From Lentimicrobiaceae bacterium (lineage in GTDB: Bacteria; Bacteroidota; Bacteroidia; Bacteroidales; JAAYJT01), in contig JBBIIP010000008.1 of NCBI GenBank assembly GCA_037446395.1, positions 7,246 through 71,245 on the forward strand: a DNA stretch of 64,000 nt. The letters are read 5' to 3'. The notes below the pieces were generated by a model. That model was not told where the DNA came from and searched no databases. It saw nothing but the letters and a program-made list of their open reading frames with translations. Both the position numbers and the translations under genes were made by a program. Below, piece after piece: positions 39,139 to 50,500 of this stretch (position 1 is its first letter; each line of letters opens with the position of its first letter).

Positions 39139-40371
39139 TTAGCGTACCAATGAAACAAAGCCCCGGTTGCTGATTGGGTTGTTGCCAACTTGTATAATTA
39201 ACACCCAGGGGTAAATCCCGGTAGGGCAATATTGTCCGCTGTTGTTCATTCGTCCGTTCCATCGTATCGCAGCATCACTGGTTTGGAACACCCGTTGCCC
39301 CCAGCGGTTAAAAACCTGCAGGGTGAATGGGCCGACTTCAACGCCTGTTGGGACATCCAAACCAAAAGTACTGCCAGTGCCAGGAAAAAAATATTTCGGT
39401 GTTAATTCCTTCACAGTGACGGTTACAGAAGATTCGCCGATTTTCTCGTTCCAACAGGTGAATATTTCGGCACGGTATGTAGTGGTTTTCTTTGGCCAAA
39501 CCATCAGGGTGGTTTCATAACCGATGGGCTTATCGCTACCCACCTCATACCAGATAATGTAGCTCGGAAGTAAAACCGGTTGATGAGAATAGTTCAGGTC
39601 AACATTATATCCCGTCCCATTTATTGTGTATTTCCAGCTATTTCCCCGCAAACCAGCGTTGGTGATCCACGACGAGTTATTCCTCTGATTAGGATCTGGA
39701 AAAGAAATTGTACCTGTTTTGTCAACAATTCCCTGTGTGGCCCGATTTCCTGCATAATCAGAGTAGGGCAGAAAAATCAAATGATTCTCAATGGAGCCGT
39801 CCTCATTCAGAACAATCTGAAACGTGGCTTTGTCTTTGCTCCCCATCACAGGTACATCGCACCAATACACTACCAGCTTTTGGTTTGGTGTGGTTCCCAG
39901 TGTTTTATAAAAAGCATAAACCCCGGGGTTTGTTTCATAATCATAATTTTTAATCGGCCCCAAAATGCAATTTTTTGGAGCCATCTGTTGCGGTGGGTTT
40001 CCGGGGGGTAATAAGAAAGGCAGATGTTGCTTCCACGGAGGTTTCTGAAAAGTCAAATAACCATTGGAACCAACACTGAAGTCGGAGTAAGTGTCTCCAA
40101 AAAAACTGAAGTTGAACCCAACTGGATAGTATCGAGGGTTTGATGCATTCTGGATGTCCGCTACAGCATCGTTTTTTGATATGATAATTTCATTCCCTGC
40201 TACAAGGTTCAGGTTGGTGGACAGAATAACCGGTGTTCCGGCGATTATTGTATCAGGCACTGTGTAAATTAAGAAAGGATCGGTTTGTGCCTGCATTTTC
40301 ACAATCCAGAACAGCACTAATAAAATACAAATAAGTAATTTTTTCACCTTAGCAAGGGATATTATTAGCAA
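39139..40371 (-). CDS. T9SS cargo protein with type B (gliding-motility-type) C-terminal domain
   Basis: The C-terminal ~85 aa fit the type B CTD pattern (LQVFNRWGQRVF..RWNGR..CPTGIYPWVL..GFVSLVR). Signal peptide KKLLICILLVLFWIVKMQA|Q; GTG 40347 is the likelier start than TTG 40371. N-terminal NIDO-like motif VGFNFSFFGDTYSDFSVGSNGYLTF. Confidence 0.85.
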   Translation of the reverse strand: MLIISLAKVKKLLICILLVLFWIVKMQAQTDPFLIYTVPDTIIAGTPVILSTNLNLVAGNEIIISKNDAVADIQNASNPRYYPVGFNFSFFGDTYSDFSVGSNGYLTFQKPPWKQHLPFLLPPGNPPQQMAPKNCILGPIKNYDYETNPGVYAFYKTLGTTPNQKLVVYWCDVPVMGSKDKATFQIVLNEDGSIENHLIFLPYSDYAGNRATQGIVDKTGTISFPDPNQRNNSSWITNAGLRGNSWKYTINGTGYNVDLNYSHQPVLLPSYIIWYEVGSDKPIGYETTLMVWPKKTTTYRAEIFTCWNEKIGESSVTVTVKELTPKYFFPGTGSTFGLDVPTGVEVGPFTLQVFNRWGQRVFQTSDAAIRWNGRMNNSGQYCPTGIYPWVLIIQVGNNPISNRGFVSLVR

Positions 40372-40531
40372 AGTTAGTATATTTTATGGTGGCTTGCGTG
40401 TACTCTAATCTATGCTTTGGCCTGATCAGATTTGAAGTTGAGAATTGAACCAGGCGGATTAACACTATTTAACATCGAACTTTGATGTGATATGAAGCTG
40501 AGTTAGTAATTTCGTTGCCTAATCGTTTAAC

Positions 40532-41287
40532 GTGCGTACTGCCTTTTTCATTGTTTGCATTCTTTCCTTTTCTTTTTCATTCGCGCAAGAAGAAAGGCCT
40601 GGACATTTTGAAGGTCGGGTCATTGATCTATATAATAATCCTCTGCCATTCGCCCATGTAATCAACCTCGCAAGAAGCTTCGGAGTTGTCGCCGATCAAA
40701 ACGGAAGATTTATCATTCCGGCTTTTGAAGGTGATAGCCTCATGATTACACATGTCAGCCATATTACGAGGTTCATAAAGGCTGATTTATCCAGTCAGGG
40801 GCAAATCCTTGTACCCGAAATTGTGATGCTTCCGAAAATATTTGAACTCAAAGAGTTTGTGGTGAGGTATCTGCCAAAAAACAAAATGGAGTTTCGTCAC
40901 GATTTCATCCATCTAAAATTGCCTGAAGTTGAGAAGACAGTTAATATTCGCATGCCCAGCATTCACACCTTGGTTTATTCTGGCCCCGAACATGGTTTTG
41001 GTGTTGTAATCAAGGGCCCCTTTCAGGCACTCTACGATCAGTTCAGCCGCGAAGCAAAATCACGGCGTAAACTCGAATCGGAGCTGGCAAAGGAAATGAC
41101 GAAAGCATTAATCGAACAAAAATATAATCATCAGCTTGTCAGAAGCTTAACTGGTATAAGAGACATGGATTCAATTCAGAATTTCATGGAATATTGTCAC
41201 CTTCCCGATGCTTTGATTCTCGAAAGCACCCAATATGAGTTGTGCATCGAAATTTTGCAGTGTTTTGAGTCTTATCAAAAACGATAG
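40532..41287 (+). CDS. secreted CarboxypepD_reg-like domain protein
   Basis: 251 aa with signal peptide FSFSFA|Q. N-terminal beta-sandwich motif GRVIDLYNNPLPFAHVINL...VADQNGRFIIP. GTG start. Confidence 0.7.
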   Translation: MRTAFFIVCILSFSFSFAQEERPGHFEGRVIDLYNNPLPFAHVINLARSFGVVADQNGRFIIPAFEGDSLMITHVSHITRFIKADLSSQGQILVPEIVMLPKIFELKEFVVRYLPKNKMEFRHDFIHLKLPEVEKTVNIRMPSIHTLVYSGPEHGFGVVIKGPFQALYDQFSREAKSRRKLESELAKEMTKALIEQKYNHQLVRSLTGIRDMDSIQNFMEYCHLPDALILESTQYELCIEILQCFESYQKR

Positions 41288-41487
41288 AAATTCATTTGGT
41301 TTTCGGAAAAGTTTTTAGCCGATATTCTCAATAAAGTGGCTTTATTCTCAGGCTTTGCTACTTAAAGTCGCAACTGAACACTGCCCCCCTTTGCGCGGGG
41401 GGACAGCGGGGATTGTGGCTGCCGACTAATCCTACCCAACAAAGGTTGACGTGCATGACAAAAGAAAAAACAAAATGCTGCATACAC

Positions 41488-41513
41488 AAAAAAGGGGCCC
41501 GAGAGCCCCTTTT
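41488..41513 (-). terminator. intrinsic terminator after the giant T9SS cargo gene (possibly bidirectional)
   Basis: A6 - GGGGC ccgaga GCCCC - T4 on the plus strand. Read on the minus strand, the hairpin is followed by T6. Confidence 0.7.
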
Positions 41514-41533
41514 CTAATGATAAATAGATGTAA

Positions 41534-44500
41534 CTATTTGGTTACCACAACCTTTCGGGTGAATGTTTCACCTTCTTTTGTAACGAACTGGATAAGGTAT
41601 GCACCGTTATTGAGGTTCTTAACATCAAGGGTGTAAGTGCCTGCGGTCTTGATATCCTGTTCTGTCATCACCTGGCCAAGATAATTGATCATACGGATAT
41701 TGCGGATATTATCGCCCATCTGAATGTTCAAAATATTGCTGGCCGGCACCGGGTAGATCAACACTGATTCGGCAAGGGGATCATCAATACCCACACCAAC
41801 ACCGGTCACACCAAGTGTGAAGTTTACATTGGTGGGCGATGTGGGAGCATTGCTGGTTATCCTTAAAGTAGAAGTATAGGTTCCCGGAGTTAATCCAGCC
41901 GTGTTGATTGTAGCTGTCAGGTTGGTGTTAGCACCGGCTGCCACACTGCCCGATGGAGGGGCAACAGATAACCAGCCCAATTGGCCAATCACTCTCACAT
42001 TGTCGATGAAAATGGCTGCACCATCGAGGTTATTGTCAGCCACAACTTCCCTAAAGCCGAGATGTACTTGGGTGCCTGGTGCAACAAGGCCGCCCAGGTT
42101 ATATGTTCTCAACTCCCATTCCTGTGTGCTAGTGGCGGTGAAGGCTATTTCGCCCACCATGATTGTATAAGCAGCAGGGGAATTTTGAACGCCGGTAGAT
42201 AGCTTAATCTCGAGTTTGTCAACATATGCTGAATAACGGCGAACATGGAAAGTGAGCACACTGTTTGCAGATACCGTAAACCGTGGAGTGGTAAGCCATT
42301 GATCGTTGCTGGCTGCGCCTCCGGTGTTCCAGGTGCAGAAAGTCATTTTGGTACCTCCATCAGGTGCTGCTGTGGCTGTGCCTCCTGTCCATCCTGGAAT
42401 TGGAGTTGTTCCAGCCGTGATTGATGTCCAGCCTGTGCCACCATCAGGATTCATTTTCAGCCAACCGGTAGGCGGGAAAGTCGCACCTTCAAAGCCTTCG
42501 TTTAGGATTACTGTAGGTACGCCTCCATAAATTACCGAAGTAGAATAATTCAGTATGCCAAGACCCGGGTTACTGACATTAATGGTTCTGGTGGTAGTTT
42601 GATTCTGAGGTAGGGCAATAGTAAACGAAGTGGGGCTTACGGTAATTCCCGGAACTCTTGGTGTTAACCCTACATTTAAAGTCAGGGTTTGGTTCCAGAC
42701 TACGGTTAGAGGCACCACGAGATCATCATAGCCTGCAGCACTAAACCTGATGTTATAGGGCCCTTCGAAGGCAATAAGCATATAGGTTCCATTGGCAAGC
42801 GAGGTGGTTGAGAATGTTCCTGCGGTAACAGTGGCACCAGCGATGGCTACGTTTGATACATTGTTGTAGATAACACCTTGTACAAATCCGGGGCCTGGCG
42901 CAACCACAACACTGATCGGTCCTTCATGAGGTGATTCGACAAGGTTGGCACCCATTTGGTAAAGGGCTGTAACAGTATAGGTATAGGTTCCGGCAACGAG
43001 TGGTTGATCTGTATAGGTGAAGGTATTGCTGGCCGTTGATCCGATTTTGAGGCCTCCACGATATACATTGAAACCATTGGTTGCTACGGGTGGGCTACCG
43101 GCAATGCCATTAATAATAAACGGTACTCCCTGAGGAGTAAGAGTACCACCGTCATTCAAGGCTGCCCATCCTGTTGAGGTTCTCTGAAGAGCGTTTCCGG
43201 TGGTGGTTTGGCCAACAATTGTAATTGGAGGAACCCATGGGCCTGATGCAAGCGATCCAGTCAACGTATATTCAATCCAGTAGGTGCCAGCTGGTAGTAC
43301 CAAGCCAGGGGTTGAGCAAACTACCCTCATTATCGGCCTGGTCACATCTGTCATGGTTGTATTGGAAACCCTGTAAATATTGCTCCAGTTGGTCGAAGTC
43401 ATGCGGTTGGTTGTTAGATCGCCCCAGATAACTGTACCTGTGGTACTTGGATTTCCGTTATAAATTCTGAGAAATGCACCTGTGATTGTTGAGGTGGTGG
43501 TTGATCCGGTCTGATAGCTGAAAAGTTCAACATTTTCAACATTCCAGTTGCCTGTAACAGTAAAGTCATCTGCCACACTGTTGCCTGCGGTCTGCTGAGC
43601 GCCGGCCCCAAGGGTTGTCATTGACAGGTTGCCTTGGAGTACACTAAGGTGTGATCCACCAGGTCCTGCTCCGGAATTCGTAATTAGCGGCCCGTTATTG
43701 AACAATACCGCTTGAGTTTCCGGGAGAGGTTGTACACCACCTGGGATGTATGCAAAATCAGCAATGCCTTTAACATTGGTATTTTCTTTCGCAGATTGGG
43801 CAATCAAAACAGGTAATGGGTTTTGATTAGCTCCTGGTAGCGGGAACGGGAAGGTAACTGCTTCGGTACTAACGCATGTTCCAGGAGCCTGCCAGTTCAG
43901 CCTCACGGCATGGCCAATATCGGCACCGGTCAGGTTACAAGGTTTGAATAGATACAGAGATGTGAACTGATGTGTTATCCTGGCCGAAACACCACTCTGA
44001 TAAACTGCTTCAACCCCGGCAAGATATGATTGTCCATAAGTTACTTCACGTGGGTTGTAAGTAAAAGTCGTAGAGGTGGTGGTACCTTTCAACACACCAT
44101 CCAGATATACGCGGTATCCGGTAACACTTCTTGTGCCGGTAGAGCCACGACTGATCTTAATGTTATCAATGGCCCAGTACCAAGCCCAGACACTGTTGTC
44201 GAAATAGCGGAAGCGTACCTGGAATTGTGCGTTCTTGTGAGCGGTCAGATCAATAATTCTCTTATCAGGTGCAGTCCATGAGCCCGCAGTTGCAGTTTGT
44301 TCTAACACCGTGATCCATGCTGTTCCGTTAAATACTTCAACCCTTCCGAATGAGCCTGTTCCAAGGTGACGGTAGTATTGATCGAACTCGAGAACAACTG
44401 AAGGTTGGGTAGCACAATTGATCACCGGTGAGGTAAGGTATTCATCAAGTGTTATAGTTCCACTTCCTGCTGCATCGCTGTTTGCAATGACAAAAGGTGT

Positions 44501-47500
44501 GCCGTTTAGCGAGCTACCGCCAAGGTCGGGAATCACCTGCCATTTGAACAAAGGTGCATTTCCATTGCTGGTTACAGTCCATCCGGTGGGAATCTGGCCA
44601 TTATTAAAGTTTGCAATCACTTCTGGGAATGGAGGTGATGCCTGGTTCCAGGTGGCCACAAGTGTAATCGGATTTACAACCAGATTAGACGGCGGGAATG
44701 TTGTTTCCAACAGGTTGACATTGATCGTCATGGTGTTTGTCATAATGCTAACCTGGGCAGTATGTGGGTTATAAAAGTCGAGCAATACATTCAACGTATA
44801 AGCTCCTTTCACAACGGCCGGGAAGTTAACGACTCCGTTGGCGCCTGCAACAGCCGTGTAGTTATACTGCGAGAGGGCATTATTTGTAAGGGTTACTCTG
44901 GTCCCTGCCGGGCTTGCTACCGGATCGCTTAATGTGATTCGGACTGTTACGTTGCTTAAGTAATTCTTTCTTAGGATATTCGATATCACGGCTCCTGAAA
45001 CAGAACCTCCTACATATCTGGCTTTCACAGCCCAGCGATATGAATTATCGGATAAAGTCAACCAGGCATTATCAACAAAAACAGGATTTGTAGGATTGCC
45101 GATCATGGTCCATGAGGCTTCATTGCTTTCTTGGCCTTCAAGCAAACGAAAAACTGTATATCCGAGGAGATTTCTGAATTGATCGCCACTGCCTTCAACC
45201 GGCATATAAGTAGCGTCTCCAACCCATCCTTCCACAGAAATTGGGTCATTTTGGAATATCAAGCCTGGTTGAGGTTTTTCGTAACCAATAAAATAGGAAT
45301 TAAGTGCCATTCCTGGCATTCCTCCTGGAGATTGAACAACTGCACGGATCATGAAATCGTTGGTGCCTGCAACAGCCCATGCGCCACCACCTGTAACGAG
45401 CCTGCTGTAGCTGCGCATTACCGGATTGGTTTGATTTATTGCGATTGGAGCACAATTCGGGAAGTTACCTCCCTGAATCATCGCCAGATAGAAATCGCCA
45501 CTCGGAAGGGTGATGTTCAATGGAGCCAGATTGAAGTTGACCCAGCCAGTTGCAGTAGGAGTGACGGTTGTCACACCCAATTGAGTGCCCGGGAAGCCAT
45601 TGGGGCCATCATCGTCAAACACAGCCATCTGGAACGGTACGAGTACATTACCATTTGGCGGGAAAGTGCCATTGCCGATATTCACTGAACCGCGCAAAAT
45701 ATTCACCGGATAACTGGCAGGAGTAAACCGAAGCGCATTCATATTGCCAGCCAGCTGCCATGCCACATGATTTTCGGCTGTACCATCATCATAGATGATC
45801 TCGTAAGCACCATTCGGCAATCCCCAGTTGAGATTTACAGCGGTTTGCGAAGGATTCAATACTGCCATCATTGCACCAGGAACAACCGCTTCTTTAACAA
45901 GCGCAACATTCTCGGTAATGGTTTGGTTGGCAAGTATGGTAATTTGCCTTGTAACCGATGCATAACCGGGTTTATGTACGGTTAGCGGATAAGTGCCAAT
46001 TTGTATATCATTGAAAGCAAAGGCACCATTGGCAAGGGTAACAATCGTTTGGTTATTGAGTATTACCTGGGCACCCAATATTGGGTTATTTGAAGATGCA
46101 TCTCTCACGATACCCTGGACATTTCCGTAGGCAAGCTGGAAGATCAGGTTGGTGTTCGGATGCCAGTCAGATAGCTGTGAGGCAGCTGGAGTGGGAGGCG
46201 TCAACGGATTATAAACAGTTGCATCTGCGCTCACATTGCGCGACCTTCCCGGCCGGTTTGTTGTTTGAGTACCGAAAAACTTATCATTCGAGTTAAAATA
46301 CACATCCTCCCATACACGGTTGGTATATACAACAAGGTTGCCTCCGGTGTAAAGGAATGGCGTGGTGAACGGGATATAAATTGAATTAGTCCCACTCGGG
46401 AAATTCACTTTGCCATCATAAACCAGGGTCAATGAAGCGGGTGCAACCCAACCACCGGATAAGTCATTCCAGGTAGTGGTGCCCACCCAGATTTTCACAT
46501 CTTTATTGGGCAGATTTGTTGTGAAGCTGTTGAAATAGGTTATTCCTTTAAGGAAACCGCCAACATTTCCGATTTCTTCGGCAAAATAAATGGATTGCAC
46601 CAGGCTGTTTTTGTAATAGAAGTCAAATGGTATCCTTATGGCAGGTAAAGTTGTGCCTGTTCCAATTGTGACTGCTACAGTTCCAACCGGAAATACTTCT
46701 ACATTCAGGTTGGGAGAGGTATTGTTGGCTGTATTTGCATCTCCTTCAAGTGTTACCACACCATAAAGGAAAGTATTCGTAGCGGTTGCAGGAGTCCAGG
46801 CAAAGCTGAAATCAATTTCCTGATTAGGGTTAATGGCCACACCTGGTTTGGTGCCAATGAGCACCCCTCCTTGCCTGAATAAGGAAACTGTATAGGTGGT
46901 TTGAGCTGCCAAACCAAGATTATTAACTGTAACGATGTAGTTTGTTGCTGTTCCGGCCGTAGGTGTGATGCTTCCTGTGACCTTTGTTGCGGCAAGATCT
47001 TTTTGATAGCGGGGATCAACTCTTACATCGTCCAGGTACCATCCATGGGCATTGTCGCCCTGGTAGTGGAAAGCTATCCAAACATTTTGGCCTGCAAACG
47101 CAGTCAGGTCAACAACACTTTTTACCCATGCTGCAGTAACCGATGAGGTTGTCCATACCTGAGTGTAATTGCCAACAGCCGGGCTTGCAGCGGTAGTGCT
47201 TACCCATACACTGTTATTTCCATAATAAGTTGGAAATGTATTATATGACCAGAACGATAGTTCGATGTTGGTGGCAGCAGGAAGTGCAACCAGTCTCGAA
47301 ATCAACCAACCTTTTTGATAAGCCCCTGCAGCGCCATAATTATGGAATGCTGACCTGGTTCCGCCCGGGGTATTGTTATAGGCTGTAGAGCTAACCCAAA
47401 TGGGGGTTGCACCATCGGCATCAAACACAGTCCAACCAGTTGGTGGGAAAGTTGTACTCTCAAATGATTCAGCCAGTGGGAAGATGCCTACTGAAACTGT

Positions 47501-50500
47501 GATTTCGATGGGGTTTGATTCACCTGGATTTGGTGCACCATATACAGCCGTAACACCATAGGTATATGTATCTGGGGCTACAGGCGCGTCACTATAAGTA
47601 ACAGCTGAGATATTATTTGCAATTTTGACTCCGTTGCGATATACGTTGTACGCAACATTGTAACTTGTTCCGTCAACCAGGAAGGGTAATCCTTGCTGGG
47701 TAAGGGAGCCACCGTCGTTCAAGTTAGCCCATGTGGAGGTAGAATTATTAAATTGTTTGGCATTTCCGGTTGTGGCTTGTCCGTTGATGGTAATCGGCAC
47801 TACCCAAGGTCCTGATGCCACGGTTCCGGTTAGCCCGTAATCTACCCAATAGGTACCTGGTGCTAGCACGAGGCCTGGGGTTGAACATACAACCTGCATA
47901 ATCGGACGTGTAGTACCAACTGAAGTTGAGGAATAGCGATATGCGCCAGTCCAACTGGTTGCAGTCATCCTGTTCACTGCCAGGGTTCCCCATACCACCT
48001 GAGAGCCCGCCACAGTGGGGTCGCCATCCCATATCTGTAGATAACCACCAGTGAAGGTTGAAGTGATTGTTGATCCTGTTTGATATCCATAAAATGTAAA
48101 ACTCTGGACACTCCAGGTGCTTGTAACCACAAAATCGTCGGCTACCCTAAAACCTGGATATGCAGCACTTGAGCCAAGTGTAGTCATTGCAAGAGCGCTT
48201 TGCAAAACACTTCCATCAGAACCGCTTGGTCCCTGACCGGGAGCGTTGATGAATGGACCGTTGTTGTAGAGCAATGCACGTGTGCCCAAATTTTTGCTTC
48301 CATGCGGGGTAACTACATTAATTCCCCCGGCCGGAGCAAAGTCTGCTGCAGGTCCGGCATACTTGCTGAGTGTGGGTGCTGTAGTATTCGCAACGGGTAT
48401 ATCTGTCGTGCTTTCCGGACCACCTGATGGCAAGAGGGGTGGCTGCCAATTCAGGCGTACTCCACTTGGAATTGTTGCAGCCGTAAGGTTGCGTGGCGCA
48501 GGAGGAGCCACCATGGCGGTTCCGCTGAGTGCTATCTGATGTGTTCCCAAACTTGTTGTCATCACTACAGTGGCTGTTTTGCCACCTGCGCTCGTAGGCC
48601 TTAGGGCAACATTAAAAGTTCTTGATACAGAACCGGGAAGTGTCAGTGGGTAGGTATTTGCATCGGTCAAAATAAATTCGGCTGCATTCGGGCCGGTGGT
48701 TGCAACACTGGTTACAGTTAATGGTGTCCCCCCTGTGTTGCTCATGATTACTGTTTGAGCAGGAGAAGTAGCACCGATGTTCACTGTGCCAAAGCTAAGC
48801 GAGGAGGGACTAAAATTAAATACGGCAGGAGCGCCGGCTAAACCAAAGGCGAAGAACTCTCCTCGGGTGGCAAGTGGTGAGATAGGACCCGGGGCTGCTG
48901 TGGCTGTTGTGTAGGTATAATATGTGTTTGTAACAATTGAGCCCGTTCCGGTGCTGACTGATCTTTCGGCCCATGGCCCGGTAAGGCTGGTTGCTTGGGC
49001 AACCCTGATCTGGGAAAGATCGCCGGTGAGGCCATCGCTGTTGCCAAATGTGTAATTGTTTGCGCGAATGGCAATGGTTGCAACTGCAGGCAAATCAGTG
49101 GTTCCAATCCTCTCAACACGATAGGCTCGGGTTCCCATAATGTTTGAGAGCGGACTTGTTGCAGTTCCGCTGGGTGCCGCAACGATGCTTACCCTTAAAG
49201 CTACGCTGGCCCAATCGGCAGTAGAGGCAAATGTTACGGTTTTCAGAACATTCGAGTTTGGTGTTGCTCCATTAAACCCTGTGCCAACACCCAGTGCGAA
49301 GTTGCGGGCGGTTGTTCCTGTTGCCGGAAAGTTGATGCGCATAGGCCCGGCAACGTAAGAACCGTGTGTGGTAGGGGGTGTCAATATACTTGGGGCTGTG
49401 CCGGCTGGTCCGGCAATAAATGAACTCAATGTTAGGATATTTGTAGTTGAGGTAATTAAAACTCCCCTGGTGAGCGTAAGCGCCCCGGTGGTTGCAGTTC
49501 CAACATCTACTGGTACGTTTAACTGAACATTGTCGTGCGTACTCATAAGAAAAGTACCACCCACAATCCCAACGCCTGCCACAATCGGAAAATCATGACC
49601 TGTTGTAATGGTTGTTTTAGTAGCAGGGGCCAGGTTGGCTGTGATATAATTCACTGTTCGGGTGATCCCGGCAGTCCAGATGGGGGCTTGTGTAAGGAAG
49701 CCAATTGAGGTGCGTTCAACGGTTTGTGTCGTAACAGCAATATTTCCTACTGTGAGGTTGCCATTTGGGTTAACCGGACCATTGTATAACCCTACAACGT
49801 TTCTGACTTCAACGGGGGCGTTATAGGTAACACCTCCTGAATTGACATGCCATGTGTTTGAAATAAAGGTGCTTATAGATCCTGTTCCGCTATAGGTGGC
49901 GGGTGCTCCTCCAACCCATACAAGGTTACCGGCTCCGATGCTGAAATTAATTGTTCCATTGTTGATGAGGCTGCCTCCAATCATGGTGCGTTTTCCTGTT
50001 GTGCCGCTGAAGGAATTATAAACCCCACCGGCGTTGATTGTGAGATCCCCGTAGATATGGTTAAATTGTGTGGTTGTAGTGCCATATTGGAATGTTCCAT
50101 TCACTGTCACATTCTGGCATCTGGCAATGTTTACGTTCGAGTTGACAGTATGGCCGGCGGCTATAACAACATGATTGTTGGCATTCGGAACCACTCCACC
50201 CACCCAGGTGGCTGCATCGCTCCAGTTGCCCGATGCTGCGGATGTGATGGTTGTGGGAGTAAACTCTTCAACAGAAAAATCATCAAGATATATGTCGTTT
50301 GTGCCCCAGGTATTTGTCACTTCAATGCCAAACTTGGCTGTTGCTGTTCTAAATTCACTCGGAATTAATACATTGATACGCTGCCAGGGGGTAGTTGTTG
50401 CCATTGTTCCGGTAACATCTGAATTGGGATGGGCAAGCATAATCGCCTTCCAGGTTGTACCGCCATCTGCTGAAGCCATTACCCTGACGTTTAGGTTTGA

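Noticed and set aside
41355-41375. CRISPR-repeat-like sequence GCTACTTAAAGTCGCAAC in the spacer after the giant gene
   Set aside because: There is a single occurrence only, with no spacer-repeat periodicity and no cas genes in the window.
45131-45688. 185-aa plus-strand ORF and about 20 further ORFs of 60-120 aa on both strands within 41.9-51.0 kb
   Set aside because: All are nested in the continuous 3179-aa minus-strand frame. Their translations are Cys/Arg/Ser-rich nonsense, typical of off-frame reads of a G/T/N-rich gene.
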